From IMG/VR virus record IMGVR_UViG_3300037454_000319: a stretch of DNA of 64,000 nt, one strand, 5' to 3'. The position numbers were made by a program, and so were the translations under genes. This document shows positions 17,717 through 27,276 of the stretch, one piece after another (position 1 is the stretch's first letter; each line of letters starts with the position of its first letter). The DNA is from a virus. Under the pieces are notes generated by a model. The model was not told the DNA's origin and ran no database searches. It saw nothing but the letters and a program-made list of their open reading frames with translations.

Positions 17717-18046
17717 TTACTTATAAATATGGTTATCTTCGATTGAATTATCTTCCATTAGCTTATATCCGCAATTAGAACAGAACCTATCTTCTACTTC
17801 AATTACTTCCTCACATTTAGGACATCTTGGTTCTTCTTTTTTTAGTTTCAATTTCTCTCCTATATAAATAGGAGATATTAAGCCGCCTATTAATACTACC
17901 AGAGACAAAAATGTAAGAACGAATCCCATTATAGGATGCTCGTCTTCAATATCTAAAACTTTTTCAAAGATGAACATAAATCCAAAAAAGCCTATTGACG
18001 CACAAATAATAATCAAGATAAAGAATAAAATTAATTTTAAAATCAT
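17717..18046 (-). CDS. membrane protein with C-terminal zinc ribbon
   Basis: 2 TM + CPKC...CSNC. Confidence 0.5.
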   Translation of the reverse strand: MILKLILFFILIIICASIGFFGFMFIFEKVLDIEDEHPIMGFVLTFLSLVVLIGGLISPIYIGEKLKLKKEEPRCPKCEEVIEVEDRFCSNCGYKLMEDNSIEDNHIYK

Positions 18047-18693
18047 ACTCTTTTACCTGCCTTTCTGCCAAAAGTTATATCAAATAACTTATCGCCAAAT
18101 CTTAACTTTTTAAACTGTATTGTGCCGCCCTGCTCAATCTTCTCCCAATCAGCCTTATCAACTTCAAAGGTTGAAGTCTTTTCATTATAAAGTCCTATTA
18201 CTTCATAACGCTCCGTATGGTCGCGGCGGCGCAGGTCACCAAGCTGTGGATTGGGAACATCAAATGGCTTATCACATTCAGGCTCATGTGGTTTCTTATC
18301 AAAGCCCATTTCGCAAACTGAATGTGACTTACACCACTCATTTCTTTTATAATGATAACGTGTTGTGTAATAAACTTCTTGATGTGTCCGTGCTGCATGG
18401 TAATGTCCATCTGAGTCTGTATAAGCTGGACTATCTGTTACAGTTCGATAATGCGTATCAAGTGTAGTATAAACATCATATGCATCAGAAGGTGGACATG
18501 ATTCCGAAGAATGGGAGCAAACTTTGTATTCCTCAATAGGAATTGTCCATATCCACCGTGTACGGTCTACTTTCATTTCGCCACTGATTGGAATTGCAAG
18601 GAACAAAATTAGTGCGGCGAGCACTGTAAGTATCCCGCCGCCAATGCAAGCTTCCGAGTGGTCGTAGTAGAAATCTTTAATTTTCTCCCACAT
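18043..18693 (-). CDS. membrane-anchored hypothetical protein, Cys/His/Tyr-rich ectodomain
   Basis: ORF; N-terminal TM. Confidence 0.5.
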   Translation of the reverse strand: MWEKIKDFYYDHSEACIGGGILTVLAALILFLAIPISGEMKVDRTRWIWTIPIEEYKVCSHSSESCPPSDAYDVYTTLDTHYRTVTDSPAYTDSDGHYHAARTHQEVYYTTRYHYKRNEWCKSHSVCEMGFDKKPHEPECDKPFDVPNPQLGDLRRRDHTERYEVIGLYNEKTSTFEVDKADWEKIEQGGTIQFKKLRFGDKLFDITFGRKAGKRV

Positions 18694-18694
18694 C

Positions 18695-19006
18695 TTAATT
18701 CTCCTTTACTGGAAGTTCGAATGTTTTATCGCCAATTGTATAAGTAATTTTAACTACCTTATCATTCTCTCTGTACTCATTAACTTGTACCTGAGACCAA
18801 TCAATCGACTCAATTTTTGTAGCTGTTATCTGTTTATAAGCTGCAATGATACTGTCCATTGTGGCGAGACACATGAACACAGTTAAAGGAATACCAATAA
18901 AAGTTCCTAATTTATTTATATCGGTATCTTCACATGAGAGCATAGCAGTTAAAAGCATAGCAAGAAGTGGAGTGACGATTGTTCCTATTATTGCAATTAT
19001 TAACAT
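18695..19006 (-). CDS. membrane protein (start MLIIAII, RBS AGGAGGG)
   Basis: ORF trimmed. Confidence 0.45.
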   Translation of the reverse strand: MLIIAIIGTIVTPLLAMLLTAMLSCEDTDINKLGTFIGIPLTVFMCLATMDSIIAAYKQITATKIESIDWSQVQVNEYRENDKVVKITYTIGDKTFELPVKEN

Positions 19007-19007
19007 C

Positions 19008-19244
19008 TTAACCCTCCTGTGCTCTGAGGATAAGGAGAGTCTTATTATCATTCTTACTCCAAGAGTAATAACCTACCTTTGTGTCCTTAGAGTAGAAACC
19101 ACCAGAGATTTGAATAAATGTTCCATTTGCCCAATATGTGCCACCTATGAAGATTAAGCCATCACCATAGCGCTCATATTCCTTAATATAGATACCATTT
19201 GTACCTTCGAGGATTTCGCCTAAAGTCATTACCTTATCCATCAT
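19008..19244 (-). CDS. hypothetical protein
   Basis: ORF. Confidence 0.45.
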   Translation of the reverse strand: MMDKVMTLGEILEGTNGIYIKEYERYGDGLIFIGGTYWANGTFIQISGGFYSKDTKVGYYSWSKNDNKTLLILRAQEG

Positions 19245-19263
19245 TTTCTCCTTTCAGAAAATC

Positions 19264-19518
19264 TTAGTCGTTGCCCTTAACGTTCTTTACAATAGTTCTA
19301 AGGAAGCCCAGTGCAATCTCAATAACGAGCGCCCACAGTGCTGCCTGCTTCCATGTCCATGCGGCAATTACGCCAAGCTTACAAAGTGCCCACATTCCAG
19401 CTCCAACAAACAATACTGATATACCATAGCCAATGGCAAGGGCTACCAGAAGAATAAGAAGGAATACGAGACAACCTCCAAGTGTGTACTTTGAACCTCT
19501 GTTGTAATTAATTTTCAT
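19264..19518 (-). CDS. small membrane protein (start MKINYNRG, RBS AAGGAG)
   Basis: ORF-track N-terminus is promoter. Confidence 0.45.
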   Translation of the reverse strand: MKINYNRGSKYTLGGCLVFLLILLVALAIGYGISVLFVGAGMWALCKLGVIAAWTWKQAALWALVIEIALGFLRTIVKNVKGND

Positions 19519-19554
19519 AGCTTTACTCCTTTCAAATAAATGGTTTTCTTTAAC

Positions 19555-19596
19555 TTTTCTATAATAATTATACCATGATTTATAAAAAAAATCAAA
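19555..19596 (-). promoter_or_regulatory. conserved promoter copy 13 (-35 TTGATT)
   Basis: -10 19567-19572. Confidence 0.6.
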
Positions 19597-19607
19597 TTTT
19601 CTTTTCT

Positions 19608-19985
19608 TTACCACCAAACATGAAGTACAAATTCATCGGGTATTTCGCCATCTTCAACAAGTTTGATAACTATCCTATCTATTTTGTTAAAAAGTTCGGC
19701 TTCTTCTTCTGTTAAATTATAGCAGTAAGCGTCATCACGTGCTGTCCAATCTGCTCTAAAGTTATCTAAAACGTCCATATCATAGAAAGTTCCATTTCCA
19801 TATATGTCTACTATACTCCAGCCGATATGGTCACGAACCTTATCTAATGTAGAATAACTCTCATACTCTTCCTTACGCAAAGACTTATGAAAAGCATCTG
19901 TGTCCTCATAACCCATTTTCTGAGCTATGAGATTTTCAAAGTCATGAATATCTACAACTGGAAGCATCTTAACTATTCTGTTCAT
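19608..19985 (-). CDS. hypothetical protein
   Basis: ORF. Confidence 0.5.
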   Translation of the reverse strand: MNRIVKMLPVVDIHDFENLIAQKMGYEDTDAFHKSLRKEEYESYSTLDKVRDHIGWSIVDIYGNGTFYDMDVLDNFRADWTARDDAYCYNLTEEEAELFNKIDRIVIKLVEDGEIPDEFVLHVWW

Positions 19986-20217
19986 CTGTATCCTCCTTAA
20001 CCCAAGGGGTTATAACCTGTACCAAAATTGTCTTATACTTCTTCTTCTCTTTAAAGAAAAAGAGCTTTTTCTGCTTTACTTCAATTTCTTTTGCTTTAAT
20101 CACCTTAATATTGCCGCCATTAATAAGCTTAATAAAAGTATCATCAATTGCATTAGCAGTAATCCAATATAAATCACCTGACTCAATAGAAGCCAATCTT
20201 ATTTCTTGCTGTTCCAT
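19969..20217 (-). CDS. hypothetical protein
   Basis: ORF. Confidence 0.45.
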   Translation of the reverse strand: MEQQEIRLASIESGDLYWITANAIDDTFIKLINGGNIKVIKAKEIEVKQKKLFFFKEKKKYKTILVQVITPWVKEDTDEQNS

Positions 20218-20226
20218 TACTCCTCC

Positions 20227-20811
20227 TTACCAACCATTCTTTAGGTCGCATACAAGTTTATAAATCTCCGCCCAGTTCTTTGCCCAGTAAACGTGCCAAA
20301 GGTCCTGCATAGTGTACATCTCCACGGCGGCACCTGTATTCCAAGGATAAGCTAAACAGATAGAAGTATAAAGTCTTTCGCCAGTTAGGTTATCTAAGTA
20401 GTCGTCAATCATAATGTCAATGTTAAGGAGCTGCTTCTTCTTCATACTAATGGCGTGCTGTTTAACATATCCTTCGGGGAAGAAGGGGAAGCTTCTTGTT
20501 AAGAAGCTGACTTTCTTACGGAAATTATGCTCTGTTGTAGCAGTTACAAAGTAAATCTCATGTCCATCTTCATACAATTTCTGTATGTACTGTGCCGCCC
20601 CATCAATGAGTTTAACCTTTTTCCACATACGCGGGTCCTCAAAGATTAGAGGAATTACATTACTGTACTCATCAGGAATACAGCTCTCCATCCAATAGGC
20701 AGTAATATCTTCTATTTTTAAATCCAAAGCTGGGAATAACTCATTCATATGCTGAAGGACACATTCTGTAGTATTTGTTATAATGTTGTCAATATCTATA
20801 CCTATTTTCAC
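20227..20811 (-). CDS. HAD-superfamily 5'(3')-deoxyribonucleotidase-like phosphatase
   Basis: N-terminal MKIGIDIDNIIT (DxDxT motif I). Confidence 0.5.
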   Translation of the reverse strand: MKIGIDIDNIITNTTECVLQHMNELFPALDLKIEDITAYWMESCIPDEYSNVIPLIFEDPRMWKKVKLIDGAAQYIQKLYEDGHEIYFVTATTEHNFRKKVSFLTRSFPFFPEGYVKQHAISMKKKQLLNIDIMIDDYLDNLTGERLYTSICLAYPWNTGAAVEMYTMQDLWHVYWAKNWAEIYKLVCDLKNGW

Positions 20812-21363
20812 TTACATCTCACCCTTTTCAATCATTTTAAACCATTCTCTCTTGCTATAAACCTTACCCAAACGAGTATAAAGGTCTTGATAACATACTT
20901 CATAGATAACGGTATTGCAAAGAACTCTATTCATTGGCGCGGCATTATCACGGAGTATTCCAACTCTTCTTCCGCCATATCTTTCAATTAGCCAGTCATA
21001 AACTCCGACAGCTTCTTCATTATCCTCATAACAACGCCACTCGGCACTATGTATGCCATACTTCTCAAACATATCTTTGAACATCTGAACGGCATCTTTT
21101 ATAAAAGTTGTACTACCTTTCTTAAAAGACATAAGTCCGAAGTTTAGGGCGCGGCGGGACGGTTCATATACCCAGTATGAGAAGAAGCCGAGAACATTAC
21201 CGTTTTCGTCAACAGAAACGAACTGATACTGATTATCTGGTTTATCTGCAATATCGGGTATGCCAGGCGTGGTATCGTAGTAATACATATACTCAGGGTC
21301 ATACCAAGTTTCAGCGATTAGCTGAGCAAGCTGGTCTTTATAAAGAATTGCTGGTTTAATCAT
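20812..21363 (-). CDS. hypothetical protein
   Basis: ORF. Confidence 0.45.
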   Translation of the reverse strand: MIKPAILYKDQLAQLIAETWYDPEYMYYYDTTPGIPDIADKPDNQYQFVSVDENGNVLGFFSYWVYEPSRRALNFGLMSFKKGSTTFIKDAVQMFKDMFEKYGIHSAEWRCYEDNEEAVGVYDWLIERYGGRRVGILRDNAAPMNRVLCNTVIYEVCYQDLYTRLGKVYSKREWFKMIEKGEM

Positions 21364-21581
21364 TCCTTTTCCACCTTTCTTAAATAGAACTCATATCCAC
21401 AATTGCAAACGAAGCCCTTATAGAGTTTGCCTGAGCGAGGCGGCGAAAAGATTACGAACTTTAACCAATGCTTAGGCATTTTCTCTCGTCCTGTATTGCC
21501 ACCCTGTAGGCCCACGTGGGTACGAAATTCTTTACTTAATTCGTCAAGTTCCTCTTTAGAGAAACCATATGCGTCTTTCAT
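21360..21581 (-). CDS. hypothetical protein
   Basis: ORF. Confidence 0.45.
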   Translation of the reverse strand: MKDAYGFSKEELDELSKEFRTHVGLQGGNTGREKMPKHWLKFVIFSPPRSGKLYKGFVCNCGYEFYLRKVEKE

Positions 21582-21760
21582 TCGTCTTCCTCCACAAACT
21601 TGGCAGACTCAATATGTATTCTGGTATATCTCCAGTTGTTATCATTCTCTATACTCTGAGCGATAGCTACCGCTGTTGGATAGCTTTCACAGACCTTAAT
21701 AACCTCTTCTTTCGGTATTGCCTGATTAGTCTTGCCAAAGATTATATATACTTCTTTCAT
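21578..21760 (-). CDS. hypothetical protein
   Basis: ORF. Confidence 0.4.
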   Translation of the reverse strand: MKEVYIIFGKTNQAIPKEEVIKVCESYPTAVAIAQSIENDNNWRYTRIHIESAKFVEEDE

Positions 21761-22296
21761 TCCTTATCCTCCCTCTTGACAGGAACCCACTTCTTTACTA
21801 ATACTTCTCTAAGTTCGACCTCTTCAAAAATTAAATCATAATCATCTTCTCTACCATAGTCATCGTGGTAATATACTGTAGACAAATACTTCTTATCCCC
21901 AATTGAAACGATTATCTCTCTTTCTACCCAGCCATGATTCATGAAGTCAAGTGTGTCGCCATAGTCATAGTCATATTCATAATAACCATAGAGCTGTTCA
22001 AGCTCAACTCCATCAATGGGTTCTCCAGCTTCTATCCTCTTTGCCGCATGAAGTGCAAGATATACTATTTTATCGTCGTCTATCTTTCCGTCCTGCCACT
22101 CATCAAAAATAACTTCAAAATCGTAGCTATCATAGAGTTCTTTATCTGCTTTGAGAGCGTCCATTATAAATTTCTGCTTACCCTCTTCGCATCTCCATGC
22201 GAGTTCACGGTCACAAGTCATTCCTTCATCTTCAGTGAAATGAATACATTCATCACACCAATCATTTATCTTTGATTTGAGTTCTTCTTTAGTCAT
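21757..22296 (-). CDS. hypothetical protein (start MTKEELKS)
   Basis: RBS GAGGAGG. Confidence 0.45.
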   Translation of the reverse strand: MTKEELKSKINDWCDECIHFTEDEGMTCDRELAWRCEEGKQKFIMDALKADKELYDSYDFEVIFDEWQDGKIDDDKIVYLALHAAKRIEAGEPIDGVELEQLYGYYEYDYDYGDTLDFMNHGWVEREIIVSIGDKKYLSTVYYHDDYGREDDYDLIFEEVELREVLVKKWVPVKREDKE

Positions 22297-22681
22297 CGTA
22301 TTCGTCCTCCTCGTCCTCTTCATCATTTGCATCTTCAAGGTCTTTACAGTCTTCATACAGGTCTTCGATTCTATCTTTTAATCTCCACCCTTCAAATCCA
22401 AATTTAATAAGAACCTGATATTCATTTTCAGTTATTTCCTGAATATCAAATGCATTAAGATATTCTGCCCCAGTCTCATACTCTATGAACTCATTTGTGC
22501 CTACTCCATAAGATGTCTCTTCTCTATGCTTTCTTTTTATGACGTCAATATGCTCCATAAAGGTATTATACTCTTCTTCAGTCATTTCATATACCTCACG
22601 AGTATCAACATCAAACTCATCAGCATAATTATCACAAAATTCGATATAAAGATAAACCATATAATCTCTCCTTTTATTCAT
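22289..22681 (-). CDS. hypothetical acidic protein
   Basis: ORF. Confidence 0.5.
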   Translation of the reverse strand: MNKRRDYMVYLYIEFCDNYADEFDVDTREVYEMTEEEYNTFMEHIDVIKRKHREETSYGVGTNEFIEYETGAEYLNAFDIQEITENEYQVLIKFGFEGWRLKDRIEDLYEDCKDLEDANDEEDEEDEYDD

Positions 22682-22722
22682 TTTCTATAAATATTATATC
22701 ATAAAATAAAAAAAAAGTCAAG
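22681..22722 (-). promoter_or_regulatory. conserved promoter copy 14
   Basis: -10 22693-22698, -35 22716-22721. Confidence 0.7.
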
Positions 22723-22738
22723 ATTTTTCAATCTTGAC
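22717..22738 (-). terminator. terminator hairpin gtcaagatt-ttt-c-aatcttgac; 3' stem supplies the -35 TTGAC of promoter 14
   Basis: 9-bp stem followed by T9 on minus strand. Confidence 0.65.
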
Positions 22739-22748
22739 TCTTTCATAA

Positions 22749-22988
22749 TTAACCGTCACAGTAATCTGGAATTGGCATATTCTCTATCGCAATAACCCTA
22801 TCAATTGCGAGCTTCATTTCTGTGGGTGTTACGGGGTTGATTGCTGGAAGCTCAGCCAATGTGTCGATGATTTTAGTCTCTGCTTTTGCGCTTTCAAGCT
22901 CCCGCTGAAGCTGCTTAATGTAAGCAAATGCTTCAGTAGGACGAGTTGCTATCATATCTCTGATTTCCCAGTCAGTCATTTTATTCAC
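22749..22988 (-). CDS. hypothetical protein
   Basis: ORF. Confidence 0.45.
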   Translation of the reverse strand: MNKMTDWEIRDMIATRPTEAFAYIKQLQRELESAKAETKIIDTLAELPAINPVTPTEMKLAIDRVIAIENMPIPDYCDG

Positions 22989-22991
22989 TCC

Positions 22992-23876
22992 TTATTTATT
23001 TACATCAATAAGCATATTCGTACCGTCGCCACTAACAACGCTTGGGTACTGTCCATTCCACTTTCCAATAGCTTCATTCTGAAGAACCTTATCACTAAGT
23101 GAGTCATTAAGTTTCTTATTAGCTTCTGCCTGTGCCTCAGCTTCGGTCAAGATTGCCTTTGCATTACCCTCAGCCTTAATCTGAACAGCATAAGCTTCTG
23201 CATCAGCATCAATCTGCTTCTTCTTTGCATTAGCTTCTGAAATAGCAATCTCCTGCTCCTGCTCAGTCTTAGTCTTAATAAGGTTCTGCTCAGCAACGAG
23301 CTTCTGCTCAATAGCATCATCAAATGCCTTTGAGAAGCTGAAGTTAGTAATATTGAACTCATCAATTATAATTCCATAATTTGTAACCTTATTTGAAATC
23401 TCGTCCATAATGAGATTTGATACCTCGCCGCGGCTCTTAATGAGCTCCTCAGCGCGGAACTGTGCCATTACAGACTTAGTAGCCTCCTGAATAGCAGGCT
23501 GGAGGATAGTGTCTTCATAGCTAAGACCTACATTTCTGTACATATCAACAGAAGCTTCCTTAGCAAGATGGAAGTTTACAGCAAGTGTTGAGTCAACAGA
23601 CTGGAGGTCCTTTGATGTAGAGCCTGCATTAACCTCTACCTTCTGAACACGGTTATCCATCTCGATTACCTTTTCAATAAACGGAACCTTCATGTGAAGA
23701 CCTGCGGCATATGTATCTTCCTGTACTGCGCCCATATATGTTCTGACACCAGTATAACCTGTGTCTATCTTAGTGCATGATGAAAGTCCTGAAGCAAGTA
23801 AACCTAAACCAAGAATACCTGCAAAGATTGCTGAGCCAATGCGAATGTCTCCGTCCTTATTAGTAAAAATTCCCAT
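22992..23876 (-). CDS. SPFH/band-7 (prohibitin/HflK-C-like) membrane protein
   Basis: N-terminal TM, TGYTGVRTYMGAVQ...GLHMKVPFIEKV, C-terminal coiled coil. Confidence 0.6.
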   Translation of the reverse strand: MGIFTNKDGDIRIGSAIFAGILGLGLLASGLSSCTKIDTGYTGVRTYMGAVQEDTYAAGLHMKVPFIEKVIEMDNRVQKVEVNAGSTSKDLQSVDSTLAVNFHLAKEASVDMYRNVGLSYEDTILQPAIQEATKSVMAQFRAEELIKSRGEVSNLIMDEISNKVTNYGIIIDEFNITNFSFSKAFDDAIEQKLVAEQNLIKTKTEQEQEIAISEANAKKKQIDADAEAYAVQIKAEGNAKAILTEAEAQAEANKKLNDSLSDKVLQNEAIGKWNGQYPSVVSGDGTNMLIDVNK

Positions 23877-23893
23877 AATTATAATTCTCCTTA

Positions 23894-24070
23894 AACATAA
23901 ATATAGATTGTGTCGTTTCTCGATTTAATCATTTCAACGGTATAAGCATCAAACTGTTGCCAGTTGATGTCAAATCCCATACCTGCATATAGAGTTTCCT
24001 CTGTGAAGCGCCGCTTTATACAAAGTGGCGCAAAGCTTTCAAGTCTTTCTACTAAGTCACGAAGTTTCAT
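23894..24070 (-). CDS. small hypothetical protein (58 aa MKLRDLVERLESF...)
   Basis: unlisted ORF with RBS GGGAGG. Confidence 0.3.
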
Positions 24071-24266
24071 CCTCCCACTCCTTTTCTACCGTAACCATGT
24101 CCTTATTGACGCCTGTCTTCATTACGAAGTCGTTGAGCAAGGCGGCAACAGTGTTGTCAAACTCGACCTGAGTTTCCTTAGTAACGTAAGCCCAACTACG
24201 ATGGTTGAGATTACCGCCTACGCCCTCTACTGATGGTGCTGTAAAAATAACTTTTGCTGAATACAT
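24057..24266 (-). CDS. hypothetical protein
   Basis: ORF; RBS AAGGAGAGG. Confidence 0.45.
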   Translation of the reverse strand: MYSAKVIFTAPSVEGVGGNLNHRSWAYVTKETQVEFDNTVAALLNDFVMKTGVNKDMVTVEKEWEDETS

Positions 24267-24278
24267 ACAATCCTCTCC

Positions 24279-25211
24279 TTATCTATTCTTAAGCATATCT
24301 CTTACATATGTCATTGTAAGTGAACCACAAACCTTACCGAAGTTCTCGCAAGCGGTAACTACCTCTGGCTCCTCCTTACGGCAGTCCTCATACATCATCT
24401 TAGGAAGAACCTTTGCAATCGCACTCATGTCATGCTCGTCCCAATCAGGTCTGAGTTGCCCCTCGTCCACAAGCTTCTGGAGACACTTCTCAACTCTACG
24501 CTCAGTAGCGATTGATGCGACATACTGTCTCTCAGCCTCTCTCTTCTTAAGCTCCTCGGGGTCAACAGGCTTCTTATGGTCATGATGAACCTCAGAAAAC
24601 TTCTCTGCGACAATCTTGAGGTATGTAGGAAGTCTATTGCTCTTGTCATCAAGTCTATCCTGAGACTTAATTACAATACCCTCACCGCAAGGCTCTGCTC
24701 CGAGCATTGTTTGACCAACAAGCTCATATACAGTATCCCAACCTCTGAACTCGCCTGTGTAGAAAACAGGTACGAAACGGATTACTTGCTGTGTAAGCTG
24801 TGCCGCCTTCTCAAGTCCATTAAAGATTGCAAGTGTGTCGATATGTGGAAGGTATTGCTCAGTCTCAGTATCCCATACGTCGAACATATAGAAGTTCTTG
24901 TACTTGTCATCAGGATAACGGATAGTATGCTTTGTAAGCCACTCACCGAAGATTACGTATCTGCCGTGCTGAGTGAGCATGTCAATTTGAGATACCTTAA
25001 GTTGCTGTGCCCAATTCCAAAAACCATTGAGGTTATTGCTCTCATTGAGCTGGTTCTTACGAGAAAACGCAAGAACAGTATTTGTGTCGGGGTCGTATGT
25101 GAAGGAAGCGTTTGAACCGTCAACCTTCTCAGTAATTGTTATCTGCTCTCCAATGGTAAAAGCAACATCGTACTTCTCCTTGAAGCGCTCAATATCCATG
25201 TAATGCTTCAT
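24279..25211 (-). CDS. nucleotidyltransferase ligase, Rnl2-like RNA ligase (or ATP-dependent DNA ligase)
   Basis: motifs I EKVDGSN, III YVIFGEWL, IV EGIVIK, V YLKIVAEK. Confidence 0.55.
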   Translation of the reverse strand: MKHYMDIERFKEKYDVAFTIGEQITITEKVDGSNASFTYDPDTNTVLAFSRKNQLNESNNLNGFWNWAQQLKVSQIDMLTQHGRYVIFGEWLTKHTIRYPDDKYKNFYMFDVWDTETEQYLPHIDTLAIFNGLEKAAQLTQQVIRFVPVFYTGEFRGWDTVYELVGQTMLGAEPCGEGIVIKSQDRLDDKSNRLPTYLKIVAEKFSEVHHDHKKPVDPEELKKREAERQYVASIATERRVEKCLQKLVDEGQLRPDWDEHDMSAIAKVLPKMMYEDCRKEEPEVVTACENFGKVCGSLTMTYVRDMLKNR

Positions 25212-25227
25212 TATTTTCTCTCCTTAA

Positions 25228-25431
25228 TTAAAGTATTCCCCACCCTACCTTAAGGGAAGTAATACCCCTTAAAGCAACATTGTAATGTTCGTTCTTTAGC
25301 TTATGATATACAGTAGGAACTGCCTCTTCGAGGTCATCAATTTCAAAGAGGACAATAGTCTCTGTTTCTCCGCGGTCCGCCGCTTCCTTTATAGCTTTAC
25401 GAACAGTCTTTTCAAACTCTCTTACAGTCAT
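25228..25431 (-). CDS. hypothetical protein
   Basis: ORF. Confidence 0.45.
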   Translation of the reverse strand: MTVREFEKTVRKAIKEAADRGETETIVLFEIDDLEEAVPTVYHKLKNEHYNVALRGITSLKVGWGIL

Positions 25432-25452
25432 TTCCTTTTCTCCTTTCCTTGA

Positions 25453-25494
25453 TTTTCTATAAATATTATAGCATAAAATATATTAAAAATCAAG
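25453..25494 (-). promoter_or_regulatory. conserved promoter copy 15 (-35 TTGATT)
   Basis: -10 25465-25470. Confidence 0.6.
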
Positions 25495-25498
25495 TTTT

Positions 25499-25717
25499 TT
25501 ATTTGCTTTGTTCACGCATTTCACGCTTTAAACGTCGTACATATTTACCCCATTGTTCAGTAGCTTCTTTCAACGTCATTTTATACATATGCATTTCAGC
25601 GGGGCAATTAAAGGTTCTACACTTAACTCTCCAATAGAACATAGGACCTACTCCTACTGCATCATCAAGTCTTTTATTTATACTAACTTCATTTCCACAA
25701 ATTGGACATTTTTCCAT
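25499..25717 (-). CDS. Lar-like zinc-ribbon protein (restriction-alleviation family-like)
   Basis: MEKCPICGNEV...FYWRVKCRTFNCPAE...EATEQWGKY. Confidence 0.45.
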   Translation of the reverse strand: MEKCPICGNEVSINKRLDDAVGVGPMFYWRVKCRTFNCPAEMHMYKMTLKEATEQWGKYVRRLKREMREQSK

Positions 25718-25965
25718 TATTCTTTTTCCTCCTCAAAGTCTTTCACACCGATGCCAATAAGGTCGCCGATACCATAAAAAATATCGTCGTGAGAGTGCCA
25801 TGGAATACCCGAACATTTCTTATGTCTTACGGTATTTGGCGGTCCCATATCTCTGACTTGTGGCTCGAAACTTACTTTATCAATAGTAAATTTTTCAGTA
25901 AAGACAAGTCCACAACTTCGGCATCTGTAATAGCGTGTGCCGTCATAATATCTCTCTCTTCCCAT
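25717..25965 (-). CDS. zinc-ribbon protein
   Basis: CRSC...C..C. Confidence 0.4.
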   Translation of the reverse strand: MGRERYYDGTRYYRCRSCGLVFTEKFTIDKVSFEPQVRDMGPPNTVRHKKCSGIPWHSHDDIFYGIGDLIGIGVKDFEEEKE

Positions 25966-25975
25966 TATATTCTCC

Positions 25976-26338
25976 TTAAAAGCACCAAGCGGGTGGGTTA
26001 ATCCACCACGGGTAACAAAGTTCTTCTACTACAAAATTAGCTACATTAACAGTCCCGCATTTTGGACAGTTTACTCTCCAGTAATACTCACGACTTTCAA
26101 TTTTAAAATCTTCATCATGAGGTTGAAGACGTCTACATTTTACAACAGGGCGTCTTTCTTTCTTATTAGTAGGACGAATTTGAGAAAAATCTATGTCACA
26201 TGACTTGCAATGGAGAACTGTCTCTGTTGGTTCATTAAAATGTTTTATATACATTTTCTTAGAGACTTCTTCATTACTGATTTCTCTAACAACAGTTTCC
26301 CTTCCTGTTAATATATCCTCTTCAACAATTTTAGGCAT
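25976..26338 (-). CDS. zinc-ribbon protein, paralog of 25499..25717 (YYWRVNCPKCG)
   Basis: start MPKIVEED with RBS AAGGAGGAG. Confidence 0.45.
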   Translation of the reverse strand: MPKIVEEDILTGRETVVREISNEEVSKKMYIKHFNEPTETVLHCKSCDIDFSQIRPTNKKERRPVVKCRRLQPHDEDFKIESREYYWRVNCPKCGTVNVANFVVEELCYPWWINPPAWCF

Positions 26339-26349
26339 AGTACTCCTCC

Positions 26350-26754
26350 TTAATATACAAGACCAGAATGACACATTCCAAACACAAGAGTTTCGGGAGT
26401 GTTCATTATTTCCTTAAACATATTAACTTCTACAAGATAATCTTTGAAAGTCTTTGCGATGTGCCGCCCTGCCTTACCAAGTATGATATTCTTTGGCGGC
26501 TCATAAAAGCCGTACACACTCCAGTCTTCAGGCTCCTTCACGAAGAGATGGTCAACGTCAAGGATAACAAGCGCAATGCGACTCATTCCGATAAGTTTAA
26601 CCATATCCTGAATCTGAGCGTCACTGGTGTCTGCGTCAGGCTTAATGTAGATTGCGGAGTTTACTTCTGTATTAATCGGCAGTATAAACTCCTTCTTGTA
26701 CTTTTCAAGAATAGTACAGGGTATATCCTTTAATTTCATTACTGTAAACTCCAT
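26350..26754 (-). CDS. hypothetical protein
   Basis: ORF. Confidence 0.5.
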   Translation of the reverse strand: MEFTVMKLKDIPCTILEKYKKEFILPINTEVNSAIYIKPDADTSDAQIQDMVKLIGMSRIALVILDVDHLFVKEPEDWSVYGFYEPPKNIILGKAGRHIAKTFKDYLVEVNMFKEIMNTPETLVFGMCHSGLVY

Positions 26755-26764
26755 TTAGTCCTCC

Positions 26765-27178
26765 TTACTGGAAAGCGTTTTTGTTTTTAAAAGTATCTGA
26801 GTTCATTTCTTTTTGAAGCTGTCTTAAAACTTCAAATCCTGTCGTATCAAGCCAGTAATTCTTTTCAACCAAAATTTCTTGTGTAAGTTCAACAGGAAAT
26901 CCCATTGTATCAAACATTGTAAAACCAACGAAACCAGATACAACATTATCTCCTATAAATGGAGAAAGAACAATTGAGTCTTCATTTCGTCTTATTGATA
27001 AATGAGATATAACATCATTTTTGACTGTAAATATTCTATCTGTGTCAAGATAAAATTGGGTTTCATTTTTATTCTGTTTTGTCTTTGTAATTGTGCCGCC
27101 CACTGATAAAATACAGTCATTCTTATTAAATCTAAATATCACATGGCGGCCTTTCAGCATACCAAAATTATATTTCAT
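26765..27178 (-). CDS. hypothetical protein
   Basis: ORF. Confidence 0.5.
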   Translation of the reverse strand: MKYNFGMLKGRHVIFRFNKNDCILSVGGTITKTKQNKNETQFYLDTDRIFTVKNDVISHLSIRRNEDSIVLSPFIGDNVVSGFVGFTMFDTMGFPVELTQEILVEKNYWLDTTGFEVLRQLQKEMNSDTFKNKNAFQ

Positions 27179-27198
27179 TTTCCTTTCTCCTTTACTAA

Positions 27199-27240
27199 TT
27201 TTCTAAATATATTATATCATAAAATATCAAAAAAGTCAAA
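27199..27240 (-). promoter_or_regulatory. conserved promoter copy 16
   Basis: -10 27211-27216, -35 27234-27239. Confidence 0.7.
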
Positions 27241-27258
27241 TTCTTTTTAAAAGAAAAA

Positions 27259-27276
27259 GGGGCATTACTGCCCCTT
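27259..27276 (-). terminator. terminator ggggca-ttac-tgcccc + T-run (stop codon of upstream CDS inside loop)
   Basis: hairpin then TTTTTCTTTT. Confidence 0.6.

Noticed and set aside
23147-23365. Nested ORFs inside larger genes (23147..23365, 29974..30171, 56494..56709, 58018..58497, 59560..59763, 61068..61277, 63014..63211, 12351..12542, 11913..12128, 45929..46114, 53131..53328, 52876..53127, 54246..54473)
   Set aside because: Alternative frames within well-supported long CDSs. No independent start signals.
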